Part shown: piece after piece, positions 8,733-18,482 of the stretch
How the letters are laid out: each line of letters begins with the position of its first letter
How positions within the stretch are numbered: the stretch's first letter is position 1
DNA from: Candidatus Omnitrophota bacterium
GTDB taxonomy: Bacteria; Omnitrophota; Gorgyraeia; Gygaellales; Profunditerraquicolaceae
Reading direction: 5' to 3'
DNA: 58,707 bases
NCBI GenBank assembly: GCA_028713155.1
Contig: JAQTPA010000005.1
Location: forward strand, 1 to 58,707
Notes under the pieces: model-generated
The model's input: the letters and a program-made list of their open reading frames with translations, nothing else
What the model was told of the DNA's origin: nothing
The model's database searches: none
Made by a program: the position numbers and the translations under genes

Positions 8733-10091
8733 ATGGCTAAGATAACCCTTATTGATCCCCTCGGCAGCGAAAGCGGTTTATTCAGGCATAAACATTTTTT
8801 CAGGGATTGGAGCGGAGCTTATACTCTGGGTTATGTTCCTTTTGTGCCCCTGGATTTACTTTACGCTGCTTCTTACCTGGTAAAATTCGGTTACCGGGCC
8901 GAGGTCATAGAGGCGAGTATTAAACACCTCGAGCATAGGAAAGTCATAAATTTACTCAAGGTAGACCCTCCGGATTTTGTTTTTATCCCTTCAAATTATT
9001 TTAGCCTGAACGATGATAGGCATTTGGCTTGGCTTATCCGGGAATCGTTTCCTAAGGTCAAGATTATTTTTGGGGGGGCGCCGGTTACCTATAATCCTTC
9101 GCTTGTTTTAGCCGATGGTTTAGCAGATTTTGTCGCCTTAGGAGAAATAGAGTTGCCGCTCCTGGGTATAATTAAGGGCGATAATTCAAGAAATATCGCC
9201 CTTAATAAGGGAGGAGGAGTTATCGCCAGCGGTAAGCGGGAATTGATTAATTTAGACGATTTGCCGATACCGGCAAGAAATTTAATAGATAACCAGGCAT
9301 ATCGGTACGCCTTTTTTAATAAAAGGAATCCTGTTACGGCAATGTCTATCAGCAGGGGTTGCCCGCATGGCAAGTGTAAATTTTGCAACGCCGCATTATA
9401 TACCTTAGGGCAAATGAGATACAGGAATATTGCCTCGATAACGGAAGAATTGAACGAGATCGCCTTTAAGTATAATATAAAAGAAGTATTTTTCCGGGAT
9501 CAGACATTTACGGCCAGCAGGGAATTAGTTTACGCTTTTTGTGAGGAGATCATCCGCAATAATGTTGATATTTCGTGGCGGGCTAATACCAGGGTTGATT
9601 TAGTGGATGAAGAGTTGTTGGCATTGATGCGCAAGGCAGGATGCTATCAATTATCCTTTGGTTTCGAAAGCTCATCGCAAAAAGCATTGGATACCAATGA
9701 AAAAGGCATAACCATAGAACAATCTAAACAGGCTGCCCGATGGTGCAGGCAATCCGGCATAGAGGTGCTCGGTAATTTTATGCTGGGAGGGCTGGGTGAT
9801 ACGGTTGATACGGCTAGAGATCTTTTTAAATTTGTTTTGGACTTAGGCGTAGATTACGCGAATTTTAATAATTATATTCATCTGCCCGGCACGGCTATTT
9901 ACGATGAATACCGCGATAATAAATTGCCGGTTATTCCCGGGAGTATGGCTAAAAAATACGCAACATTACTCAATCTGAAATTCTATTTTCGCCCGCGGAT
10001 AATTTCAAGGCAATTGAAAAAAATAAGATCTTTCGCTGATCTGCGTTTTTTATTTAGTATGCTAATAAATACGGCGTTGCCGCGTCTTTGA
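8733..10091 (+). CDS. Cobalamin-binding radical SAM protein
   Basis: PLDLLYAASYL, GEIE, SRGCPHGKCKFC (Cx4Cx2C), FRDQTF, TRVD, FGFESS. Confidence 0.9.
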   Translation: MAKITLIDPLGSESGLFRHKHFFRDWSGAYTLGYVPFVPLDLLYAASYLVKFGYRAEVIEASIKHLEHRKVINLLKVDPPDFVFIPSNYFSLNDDRHLAWLIRESFPKVKIIFGGAPVTYNPSLVLADGLADFVALGEIELPLLGIIKGDNSRNIALNKGGGVIASGKRELINLDDLPIPARNLIDNQAYRYAFFNKRNPVTAMSISRGCPHGKCKFCNAALYTLGQMRYRNIASITEELNEIAFKYNIKEVFFRDQTFTASRELVYAFCEEIIRNNVDISWRANTRVDLVDEELLALMRKAGCYQLSFGFESSSQKALDTNEKGITIEQSKQAARWCRQSGIEVLGNFMLGGLGDTVDTARDLFKFVLDLGVDYANFNNYIHLPGTAIYDEYRDNKLPVIPGSMAKKYATLLNLKFYFRPRIISRQLKKIRSFADLRFLFSMLINTALPRL

Positions 10092-10307
10092 CTACGGGAA
10101 AAGTAATTTTTTCCGCATCTTATTTTTAAAGAAGCGAGGGAGACTTATTTTCTACTTAGGCGGCTTAGGGTATGGTTTACGCGGCGCAGGGCGCCAATTG
10201 ACGGTTTTCATAAGTATCATTTTATATGGTTGCGGTTTGTATTCATATATAATTATGGCACCCGCTGTAAATCTTGTCAAGCTGTATTTACTTTCAGGTA
10301 TCAGAAA

Positions 10308-11840
10308 ATGAAAACAAAATTCATTCTCATCAGGCCCCCGCGTTATTATTGGCCCTTTATCAATGAATACGATAATTTTATATTGCCTCAATCCCTGGCC
10401 TGTTTAGCGGCAGTATTAAGAAGGGCCGGTATATCGGTCAAGGTTATTGACTGCATGCCCATGAAAATGGGCTGGAAGACATTGGGGAAGGTTATCCGGG
10501 ATGAAAACCCGGATATAATCGGCATAGGTGACAGCGAATCATTGTATTCTCACGAAGCCGTAAAAGCGCTTAATCTGGCTAAGGAAATAAATAAAGATAT
10601 AATTACGGTAGCCGGAGGGGCGCATTTTTCTAACCTTGCCGAAGATTGCCTGAAGAATTACCCTATTGATTTTATCGTAAGGGGGGAGGGGGAAGAAACG
10701 ATAGTTGAGCTGGCCAGTAAGATAATTAACAGGGATAAGGATTTTGAGATGGTGAACGGAATCGTTTTTAAGCGTGACGGCCATATCGTAGAGACAGCTC
10801 CGCGCAGGCTGATAGATAATTTGGATGACCTGCCATTACCCGCTTATGATATAATGCCGATGGATAAATACGGCAGGGCAAAATTCCTTTTTACTCCTGG
10901 AGGGATTACCATTCATCACAGCAGAGGATGCGTTAATAGCTGTGATTTTTGCGTGTGGTGGGTGCAGATGGCTGAGCGCTCGGCAGACCACGGTAAGCTG
11001 GTTTTAAAACCGAGGTGGAGGACCAAGAGCGTCAAGCGCACGATTGAAGAAATCGAGCTCTTACATTATAAATACCATCAGAAATTCTTGATTTTCGTTG
11101 ACGATTCCTGGAATATCAATCCTGACTGGAGTAACGAATTCGCAGAGTCCATCATCAAAAAAAAGATAAAGGTTAAGTGGTTTGCATTTATGCGGGCGGA
11201 TTTAATGGTCAGGGATGATAAATTAGGGATTATGAAAAAGCTGGTTAAAGCCGGATTATCCCATGTCTCCATAGGCGCAGAAAGGGCTGATAACGGGGAT
11301 TTAAGTAATATGGGTAAAAATTTCTATAAAACGGAGATTGTCAGAGAGGCTATGGGTATATTATCCGGGAAATATCCGCAGGTTTTCAGGCAGGCTACTT
11401 TTATCGTGGGGGTAAGGAATGAGACAAAAGAATCAATGCTGAGCCAGTTAGAATACGCCAGAGAGTTGAAAGCGGATTACCCGGCTTTTCACCCCATAAC
11501 CCCCGTGCCGGGCACCAAGCTCTGGGATGAGGCTAATAAAAAGGGCTGGCTTGAAGTTAAGGATTTTTCTTACTATGACTGGTCAACTCCGGTTATGGCT
11601 TCAGAACATCTTTCCCGCAGTGAAATTGATTACCTGCTTTACTTTATGAATAAAAAATATGCCAGTTTTACCTGGCTATTAAAAGGGATTTTTAATCCCT
11701 ATACGCACAAAAGAAATATGTATATATGGTGTTTGATAGTCGCCGTAAAGATGTTCTTGGATTCGGTGTTTAATTTGATTAATCCTTTTCGCTTTAAAGA
11801 ATATAACCGGTTAATGAAACCTAAGTGGTACGATAAATAA
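10308..11840 (+). CDS. Cobalamin-binding radical SAM protein, BchE-like
   Basis: GGAHF, RGEGE, SRGCVNSCDFC, GLSHVSIGAE, TFIVGVRNETKES, YDWSTPVM. Start set at ATG 10308 (MKTKFILIRPP) rather than the TTG at 10230. Confidence 0.9.
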   Translation: MKTKFILIRPPRYYWPFINEYDNFILPQSLACLAAVLRRAGISVKVIDCMPMKMGWKTLGKVIRDENPDIIGIGDSESLYSHEAVKALNLAKEINKDIITVAGGAHFSNLAEDCLKNYPIDFIVRGEGEETIVELASKIINRDKDFEMVNGIVFKRDGHIVETAPRRLIDNLDDLPLPAYDIMPMDKYGRAKFLFTPGGITIHHSRGCVNSCDFCVWWVQMAERSADHGKLVLKPRWRTKSVKRTIEEIELLHYKYHQKFLIFVDDSWNINPDWSNEFAESIIKKKIKVKWFAFMRADLMVRDDKLGIMKKLVKAGLSHVSIGAERADNGDLSNMGKNFYKTEIVREAMGILSGKYPQVFRQATFIVGVRNETKESMLSQLEYARELKADYPAFHPITPVPGTKLWDEANKKGWLEVKDFSYYDWSTPVMASEHLSRSEIDYLLYFMNKKYASFTWLLKGIFNPYTHKRNMYIWCLIVAVKMFLDSVFNLINPFRFKEYNRLMKPKWYDK

Positions 11841-11849
11841 AGGTTGGAT

Positions 11850-13271
11850 ATGAGAGTTTTATTGATAAACCCCGGCATGGATTTCAGCAAATTCGGCAGT
11901 TTTAAAAGGTATATGCAGCCAATGCCGCCGATAGGCCTGGCATATTTAGCCGCAGCCTTAAAGAAAGAGGGTTTGGATTTTAAGGTCATTGACGATTTTG
12001 CCGACCGGGTTGGCATCAGGGGCATTATCGATCTCCTTAAAGATTACCCCGCGGATATAGTCGGCATATCCTGTTTAACGCCTTCAGCGCTTTACGTCCT
12101 GCAGATTGCCGATGCGGTTCGGCAGTATAATAAAAAGATAAAAATAATCTTAGGAAATATACACGCTTCTATTTTTTACGAATCAATACTAAGACAGGGG
12201 CTGGTTGATGTGATAGTGCACGGCGAAGGCGAGCTTACCTTCCCCGAGGTTGTGAATGCTTTGGCGCAGAAAAAAGAATTGAGGACTATTCCGGGGATTT
12301 CATTTATGCTTGAAGGAAAAGTAATAAAAACAGAAGAGAGGGCGCCCCTAGGCGAAATAGATTATCTGTCCTATCCGGCCTGGGAATATTTTCCGGTCAA
12401 AAAATATGGATTTTTGCCTTTTATGGATATCGCTAAGCCCGCCCTGAGCGTCCTTGCCTCCAGGGGGTGCGCCTATAAATGCAGTTATTGTTCGCTTGTG
12501 TATATGAATAATCATTACCGCCAAAGGGATCCCTTGAGAGTCGTTGATGAGATAGAATACCTGGTAGATAAATTTAACGTTAAGCAGGTCGGTTTTGTCG
12601 ACCCCATTTTTCCTCTATACAAAAAATCCGGCATAGCTTTCAGCACGGAGATGATTAAGCGGGGTTTAAACAAAAAGCTGGTCTGGATCTGCGAGACCAG
12701 GGTAGATAGTGTTGATAAGGAGCTTTTGGGGTTTATGAAAGAGGCCGGGTGTAAAAGAATACTTTATGGAATAGAATCCGGCAATCAGGAAACTCTGGAT
12801 GGGGTTAATAAAGATACCTCCTTGGACCTGATAAGGAAGAATATCAGCGATACCAGGAAATTGAAGATTGAGGCAACCGGCCTGTTTATGATAGGTTTTC
12901 CTCAGGAGACCAGGCCGATGATGGAAGATACGATTAAACTGGCAAGAGAACTGGATCTGGATTTCGCCAAGTTTGCCATTACCATACCCTTTCCCGGAAG
13001 CGAATTATACGTAAAACTTACGCAGGCTGGCAAGCTAAGGCGCCAGGACTGGGATAATTTTGTGACTTTCAATCCGGACCCCAAGAAATTAGTTTCTATT
13101 AATGAGCATGTTTCGGCCAGAGATTTGATTGCTTTACAGAGAAGGGCCCACCGGGAATTCTATTTACGGCCGCGCTTAATCTGGAGACATTTATTCCAGA
13201 TAAAAAGTATAAAGAAAATGGATATGCTGAACAGCCTGGTGAGTTTTGTTTTTCACGGCAGGCTTAATTAG
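11850..13271 (+). CDS. Cobalamin-binding radical SAM protein
   Basis: MRVLLINP, PPIGLAYLAA, GNIHAS, GEGE, SRGCAYKCSYC, ETRVD, YGIESG, PFPGS. Confidence 0.9.
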   Translation: MRVLLINPGMDFSKFGSFKRYMQPMPPIGLAYLAAALKKEGLDFKVIDDFADRVGIRGIIDLLKDYPADIVGISCLTPSALYVLQIADAVRQYNKKIKIILGNIHASIFYESILRQGLVDVIVHGEGELTFPEVVNALAQKKELRTIPGISFMLEGKVIKTEERAPLGEIDYLSYPAWEYFPVKKYGFLPFMDIAKPALSVLASRGCAYKCSYCSLVYMNNHYRQRDPLRVVDEIEYLVDKFNVKQVGFVDPIFPLYKKSGIAFSTEMIKRGLNKKLVWICETRVDSVDKELLGFMKEAGCKRILYGIESGNQETLDGVNKDTSLDLIRKNISDTRKLKIEATGLFMIGFPQETRPMMEDTIKLARELDLDFAKFAITIPFPGSELYVKLTQAGKLRRQDWDNFVTFNPDPKKLVSINEHVSARDLIALQRRAHREFYLRPRLIWRHLFQIKSIKKMDMLNSLVSFVFHGRLN

Positions 13272-13305
13272 TCAGGAGAACGGCCAAAAGTTAGCCGGAT
13301 ATTAA

Positions 13306-14337
13306 ATGCTTAATATTGAAAGCAGGTTAATCCTAAACAGGCTTATATGCGGTTTAACCTTGCTGGCAAGATACGCTAATTTTAAAAAGGTTAGCAATAT
13401 GATTAAGGTTGAGCGAGACAGGATATTCCGGAAATTATTAATCAGCGGGAGGCCTTATTTTATCAAAATAGATACGACAAATCAATGTGATGCCGGCTGC
13501 GCATATTGTTCCAGGGATAATATTGCCTATCCGTCAGGGGAGATGGGCCTGGATAATTTTAAGAAGGTAATCGATATAAATAAAGATTATGCTTTTATGG
13601 TAGCTTTACATTTTACGGGTGAACCCCTGTTGAACGAAGGTATCTACGATATGATAAATTACGCGCATTTAAATAAGATTGCTACCTATTTAAGCAGTAA
13701 TTTCCAGCATTTTAAAAAAGAAGATGCCTGCAGGATAGTCTCCAGCGGCTTAGACTTATTGACTGTTTCGATAGACGGCGCATCTCAGGAAACCTATCGG
13801 CGGTATAGGCAAAAAGGCGAGCTAGCTGGTATCTTCCAGAATATTCAGGCAGTAATTAACGCCAAAAGGGAGCTTAAAGTCTCTTGGCCTACAGTCAACC
13901 TGCAGTTTTTAGTCATGGATCACAATGAACATGAAATACCGGGTATAAAAAATATAGCTAAAGACTTAGGCGTAGATACTTTAGAGCTTAAACCGCTCGG
14001 TTTATGCCCGATAAATAAATATCTTCTGCCCAAAAACCCCAAGTATATCAGAAGGGCTTACCGGAAAACTGATATGAAGAGAAAACCCTGTTGGTGGCTC
14101 TGGTCTTCCCTGGTAGTCTTATGGAATGCTGAGGTTGTTCCTTGTTGCAGTCCCTACCGCAAGATTGATATAGAAAGTTGTATGGGTAATATAATAGAGG
14201 AGGATATTATTAAAATAAGGAATTCCAATATCCCTGTAAAATTAAGGAGGCAGTTTTTAGAGGGGATAATGGCCGGCGAAGAGGGGTGCGTTAAATGCCC
14301 GATACCTTATGGGAATATGCTAGGCCATACAGTTTAA
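13306..14337 (+). CDS. Radical SAM protein with SPASM/twitch domain (paralog of 1676-2698)
   Basis: RPYFIKIDTTNQCDAGCAYC, GEPLL, LELKPLG, CWWLW...PCC...CVKC. Confidence 0.9.
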   Translation: MLNIESRLILNRLICGLTLLARYANFKKVSNMIKVERDRIFRKLLISGRPYFIKIDTTNQCDAGCAYCSRDNIAYPSGEMGLDNFKKVIDINKDYAFMVALHFTGEPLLNEGIYDMINYAHLNKIATYLSSNFQHFKKEDACRIVSSGLDLLTVSIDGASQETYRRYRQKGELAGIFQNIQAVINAKRELKVSWPTVNLQFLVMDHNEHEIPGIKNIAKDLGVDTLELKPLGLCPINKYLLPKNPKYIRRAYRKTDMKRKPCWWLWSSLVVLWNAEVVPCCSPYRKIDIESCMGNIIEEDIIKIRNSNIPVKLRRQFLEGIMAGEEGCVKCPIPYGNMLGHTV

Positions 14338-14461
14338 GAAATATCCAGTTTAAAAGTGCGCGTTCATTTTCTTGAGCCATAATAAATATTCTACTTTTAA
14401 GATATATAGTATATAATTGTAATAGACATATAGGTTCATTTAATAACCAAGGAGGCCATAT

Positions 14462-15142
14462 ATGCATAACCGAGCGCTGCATATCCTAGTTACGGTATTT
14501 TTGGCATTACAATGCGTATCTACTTTTTGTTTTGCCGACACCCTGGTGTTAAAAGACGGAACGGTAATAAATGGCACAATAGCCGAAGAGGCTCCCGAAT
14601 ATGTGGTAGTAGATTCTGAGGGTATGTCTAGCAAATATTTTTCGGAAGAAATAGAAAAGATCGATAAAGATGTAGTTCTTACAAGTGAGAAGTCAGCTAT
14701 AAAGAGCGAATTAGCTTTTGCTCATTTTAAAAAAGCCAAGGATTTTAGGAAGGAAAATAAATATGAAGATGCAATAGCAGAATTAAAAAAGGCTATAGAG
14801 ATTGATCCTGCCAATTCCATATATAGCAATCATATTGCCGAGTTATATTATAATTTAGGCCAGTATGATCAAGCGCTAAAATATGGCCAGGAGACTTTAA
14901 GTCTGAATCCTAATAACAAATATATCCTGGCTTGTATGGCGCTGGCTTATTATCAAATAGGCGAATATAAAAAAGGCAGGGAGACCTTTCGGAAATTTAG
15001 AAAAAGTTTTCAGAGGAAAGAATTATCGGATGAAAGATATTTTGACAGAGTAGAAAAAAAGGTAAAATTATTAGAACGGTTAGTGGAGAACAAGGATACG
15101 CCGGACAGAGAGTACATTAAAGAAGCTACCAGTCAATTTTGA
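14462..15142 (+). CDS. Exported TPR-repeat protein
   Basis: Signal-peptide-like N-terminus ending CFA|D; TPR motifs (YEDAIAELKKAIEIDP, LGQYDQALKYGQETLSLNP); strong SD AAGGAGG at 14449-14455. Confidence 0.8.
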   Translation: MHNRALHILVTVFLALQCVSTFCFADTLVLKDGTVINGTIAEEAPEYVVVDSEGMSSKYFSEEIEKIDKDVVLTSEKSAIKSELAFAHFKKAKDFRKENKYEDAIAELKKAIEIDPANSIYSNHIAELYYNLGQYDQALKYGQETLSLNPNNKYILACMALAYYQIGEYKKGRETFRKFRKSFQRKELSDERYFDRVEKKVKLLERLVENKDTPDREYIKEATSQF

Positions 15143-15193
15143 GCTACCTATAGTCTAGGCAATCCAGCGGATTATTCATCATAACGACAGGTC

Positions 15194-16789
15194 ATGCATC
15201 ATCAAAATATCAACAAGAAAATATTCTGCTCTCATTATATCCAGATCGTTATTATCGGATTATTAGCTCTGTTGCTCAGGATAATTAATTTAACCAAGTA
15301 TGACCTTTGGTTTGACGAAGTAACCAGTTTAGTAGAAGTAAAATTAAATAATTTTTGGTATTTAAGCACTAATTTCACCTTTCAACCACTCTATAACTTA
15401 CTGGTACAGTATTGGCAGGACTTTGGCGATAGCCTGTTCATATTAAGATTGCCTTCCGTAATATTCGGGGTCGCTTCAGTTATCCTAATTTATTTTACCG
15501 GGGAATCGGTATTTAACAGAAAAGCAGGCATTATTTCCGCATTTTTACTAAGCCTTTCTCCCTTTTCCATACATTATTCCCAAGAGTTACGCCCTTTTTC
15601 ATTATTAATTTTTCTCGTACTTTTGTCTACTTACGCTTATTTTAAATTATTAAATAAAAGGTCATTTCCATTGTGGTCAATAAATATTATAGCTAACCTA
15701 TTAAGCGTATATTTGGTCTGTACTTCGGCCCCCATACTTCTAGTCCAGGCGTTATTCATGATTTTTAATCTCAGAAAAAACCGGTTAAGAGAAGTATTGC
15801 TGTTTCAATCGGTACAGTTCTTTTTTTTGCTGCCCTGGATCTATATAACTATTAAACATTTTTTACTTATGCTGGATATTACCAGGGTCTATTGTCAATT
15901 CTCGCCATTTATCAATTCTATTTCGGCGGCCAATCTATTCTATAGCTTTAAAAATTTTATATCAGGTTATTATGCTTCGGATATTGTCCGGAACATCAGT
16001 TCTGTTTTTTTTGCACTGCTGATTTTAAAAGGAACAAAAGATTCATTCGCTCACTATAAAAAAAAATGGTATATGTTGTTATCGTTTTTATTGATTCCCG
16101 TGCTAACCTTATTCATTTTTTCAAAATTCCGGCCTTTCTACGCTGAAAGATACTTCTCTTTTGCCATCATATTTTTATTTCTTATGGCGGGATTTACCCT
16201 AAGCAATTTAGGTAGAAAAATGATTATGCTTTGCCTTGGAGCATACTGTTTTATATCCATACCTTCTTTAAATAATTATTATTCCAATCGTATTACTTGT
16301 AATTTCATAGAGAGGCAGGGGACTAATCCCAAAAAAGAACTTAAAAAAGCAGCGTATTTCTTGAAGGCTAATTATAAAAATGGGGATTTAGTTCTGCATA
16401 CTTCTGAAGTCTCTACGTTGCCTTTAGAATATTATCTGAATGAAAGGGGCAGCAATTATTTTCTTAAAGAAGATGCAATGTTAACTTATAAGTTTATTAT
16501 GGATTCACAGGTTAAAAATAGGGTAAATAGATTTTTAATCATTCATGAGCCAAACCAACATAGATTCTATTTTTACAAAGACATAGGGGTATTTACGGCG
16601 CAGCCGGATGACCCGTTATTCAATAATCATGAAAGGATCTGGTTGATTCTCTCCCACTGGGAGGATCCGGCTCAATTTAAGTTTATTAATAACTGGTTTG
16701 CGGATAAACATATACTGGAAAAAAGCGCAAAATTTTCCGGAATAGATGTGTATTTATACGCGAATAATAGAGTATTGAATCATAGTTAA
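15194..16789 (+). CDS. GT-C fold membrane glycosyltransferase (PMT_2/GT39-83-like)
   Basis: Multiple TM segments, first-loop DLWFDE, LRLPSVIFG, HYSQELRPF, ERY. Confidence 0.8.
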   Translation: MHHQNINKKIFCSHYIQIVIIGLLALLLRIINLTKYDLWFDEVTSLVEVKLNNFWYLSTNFTFQPLYNLLVQYWQDFGDSLFILRLPSVIFGVASVILIYFTGESVFNRKAGIISAFLLSLSPFSIHYSQELRPFSLLIFLVLLSTYAYFKLLNKRSFPLWSINIIANLLSVYLVCTSAPILLVQALFMIFNLRKNRLREVLLFQSVQFFFLLPWIYITIKHFLLMLDITRVYCQFSPFINSISAANLFYSFKNFISGYYASDIVRNISSVFFALLILKGTKDSFAHYKKKWYMLLSFLLIPVLTLFIFSKFRPFYAERYFSFAIIFLFLMAGFTLSNLGRKMIMLCLGAYCFISIPSLNNYYSNRITCNFIERQGTNPKKELKKAAYFLKANYKNGDLVLHTSEVSTLPLEYYLNERGSNYFLKEDAMLTYKFIMDSQVKNRVNRFLIIHEPNQHRFYFYKDIGVFTAQPDDPLFNNHERIWLILSHWEDPAQFKFINNWFADKHILEKSAKFSGIDVYLYANNRVLNHS

Positions 16790-16794
16790 ATAAT

Positions 16795-17508
16795 ATGCCA
16801 GCAAAGAAGTTAAGTATTATCTGCCCGTTCTATAACGAAAAAGATAATCTGGAAGAACTGGTAGAAAGAATTTTTGGGGTTTTAAATAAGCTTTACCACA
16901 TGGACGAAATAGAGCTGATTATGGTAAACGATGGCAGTAGCGATAATAGCAGCATTATTATGTGTAAGTTAACCGAAAGATACGGAAATATAAAGCCGAT
17001 AATCCACAATAAAAAGATAGGTCAGGCCGCGGCCCTAAGCTCCGGATTCCATTCGGCCAGCGGCAGCATAGTTATTACTATGGATTCGGATCTGCAGGTT
17101 TTTCCGGAAGATCTGCCCCTCTTTCTAGATAAAATTAATCAAGGCTATGACCTTGTAAACGGGATAAGATTAAACAGAAAAGACCCGTTATTTTTGACAT
17201 TATCTTCTAAGTTTTTTAGTTTTCTGGTAAGTGTTTTTTTGAATGTCCGGATTAAAGACGCAGCCAGTAATTTTACCGCAGTGAAAAAGGAGTTCATCAA
17301 AAAGCTCAATCTGATGGCTAACGACCATCGTTATATTGTCCCTATCCTTAAGAAACGAGGCGCGCTTAAGATTGCCGAAGTCAAAGTCCGGCATGCTAAG
17401 AGACAGAAAGGTAGATCAAAGTATAGATTAGCGAAAGTAGTATCAGCTGTGCCAGAATTTTTTTCGTTTTATTTTAGGTTCAAAAGAGGCGATTACGACT
17501 TAAATTGA
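16795..17508 (+). CDS. GT2 polyprenol-phosphate glycosyltransferase (ArnC/DPM1-like)
   Basis: ICPFYNE, VNDGSSD, GQAAAL, MDSDLQ, GRSKY. Confidence 0.85.
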   Translation: MPAKKLSIICPFYNEKDNLEELVERIFGVLNKLYHMDEIELIMVNDGSSDNSSIIMCKLTERYGNIKPIIHNKKIGQAAALSSGFHSASGSIVITMDSDLQVFPEDLPLFLDKINQGYDLVNGIRLNRKDPLFLTLSSKFFSFLVSVFLNVRIKDAASNFTAVKKEFIKKLNLMANDHRYIVPILKKRGALKIAEVKVRHAKRQKGRSKYRLAKVVSAVPEFFSFYFRFKRGDYDLN

Positions 17509-17513
17509 TTAAT

Positions 17514-18482
17514 ATGGATACAGTGTTGATTACAGGAGGAGCAGGTTTCATAGGTAGATACCTGGCGAGGGATATTTTGAAGGCGGGGATGAAGGTTATT
17601 ATTTTTGATAATTTTATGGCTAAATCAGTTTTTTATCAGGATTTATATAGACAAGAGCCAACGCGTATCAGTATAAGAGGCGATGTTAGAGACTATAGTT
17701 TACTTAAAGAAGTATTTTTGAGATACCAACCTGGTATTGTTATCCATCTGGCGGCTATCTCGGATGCAAACATGGCCTTACAAGCCCCCCAAGAATGCCT
17801 GAGTATCAATGTGGATGGGTTAAATAACCTGTTTAGCGTAATAAGCCAAGCAGCTAAAGTCAGGAGATTTATTTTTGTTTCTTCCAGCTATGTTTATGGC
17901 AACTTTCACTATGAACCGGCGGATGAATTACACCCTTTGGATTCTCAGCATATATATGGCATAACCAAGATAAGAGGGGAGAGGATAACGGCTGATTTTT
18001 GCGTGAAAAGTAATATCGATTATACGATAGTCAGGCCTACAGCTGTCTATGGGCTTGGGAGCAGTTTAGGAAGGATCTGTTGCAGGATGATAATCGATGC
18101 CTTAACCAAGAAAGAAATAATTGTCCATAACGACGGTAACCAAAAACTTGATTTTACCCAGATCGATGATTTAATCCAGGGTTTTTTAAAGGTCATAAAT
18201 AACAGCAACGCTAAAAACCAGGTTTTTAATCTATCCAGGGGTAAGTCTAGGACCATAGCTGAATTAGCAGGATTAATCGCAAAAAACATACCCGGAGTAA
18301 AGATCATCAATCGAACCGCAGGATTTAAAAAGCCGCTAAGAGGCGCTTTGGATATTTCTAAAGCTAGAGATATGTTGGGTTTTAGTCCGTTCGTAGACAT
18401 AGAAGAGGGGATCCCGGTTTTAATAAATGATTTGATAAGGATAAAGGATGAGTATGATTTATCTATCCCGTCCATGTATTGA
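17514..18482 (+). CDS. Extended SDR, NDP-sugar epimerase/dehydratase
   Basis: TGGAGFIG, GDVRD, HLAA, SSSYVYG, YGITK, DFTQIDDL. Confidence 0.9.
   Translation: MDTVLITGGAGFIGRYLARDILKAGMKVIIFDNFMAKSVFYQDLYRQEPTRISIRGDVRDYSLLKEVFLRYQPGIVIHLAAISDANMALQAPQECLSINVDGLNNLFSVISQAAKVRRFIFVSSSYVYGNFHYEPADELHPLDSQHIYGITKIRGERITADFCVKSNIDYTIVRPTAVYGLGSSLGRICCRMIIDALTKKEIIVHNDGNQKLDFTQIDDLIQGFLKVINNSNAKNQVFNLSRGKSRTIAELAGLIAKNIPGVKIINRTAGFKKPLRGALDISKARDMLGFSPFVDIEEGIPVLINDLIRIKDEYDLSIPSMY

Noticed and set aside
10230-10307. TTG-initiated N-terminal extension of the 10308 radical SAM protein
   Set aside because: The family-typical start is MKTKFILIRPP at ATG 10308; similar trimming was applied to 6075, 11844, 17505, 20966, 22006, 37972 and 39729.
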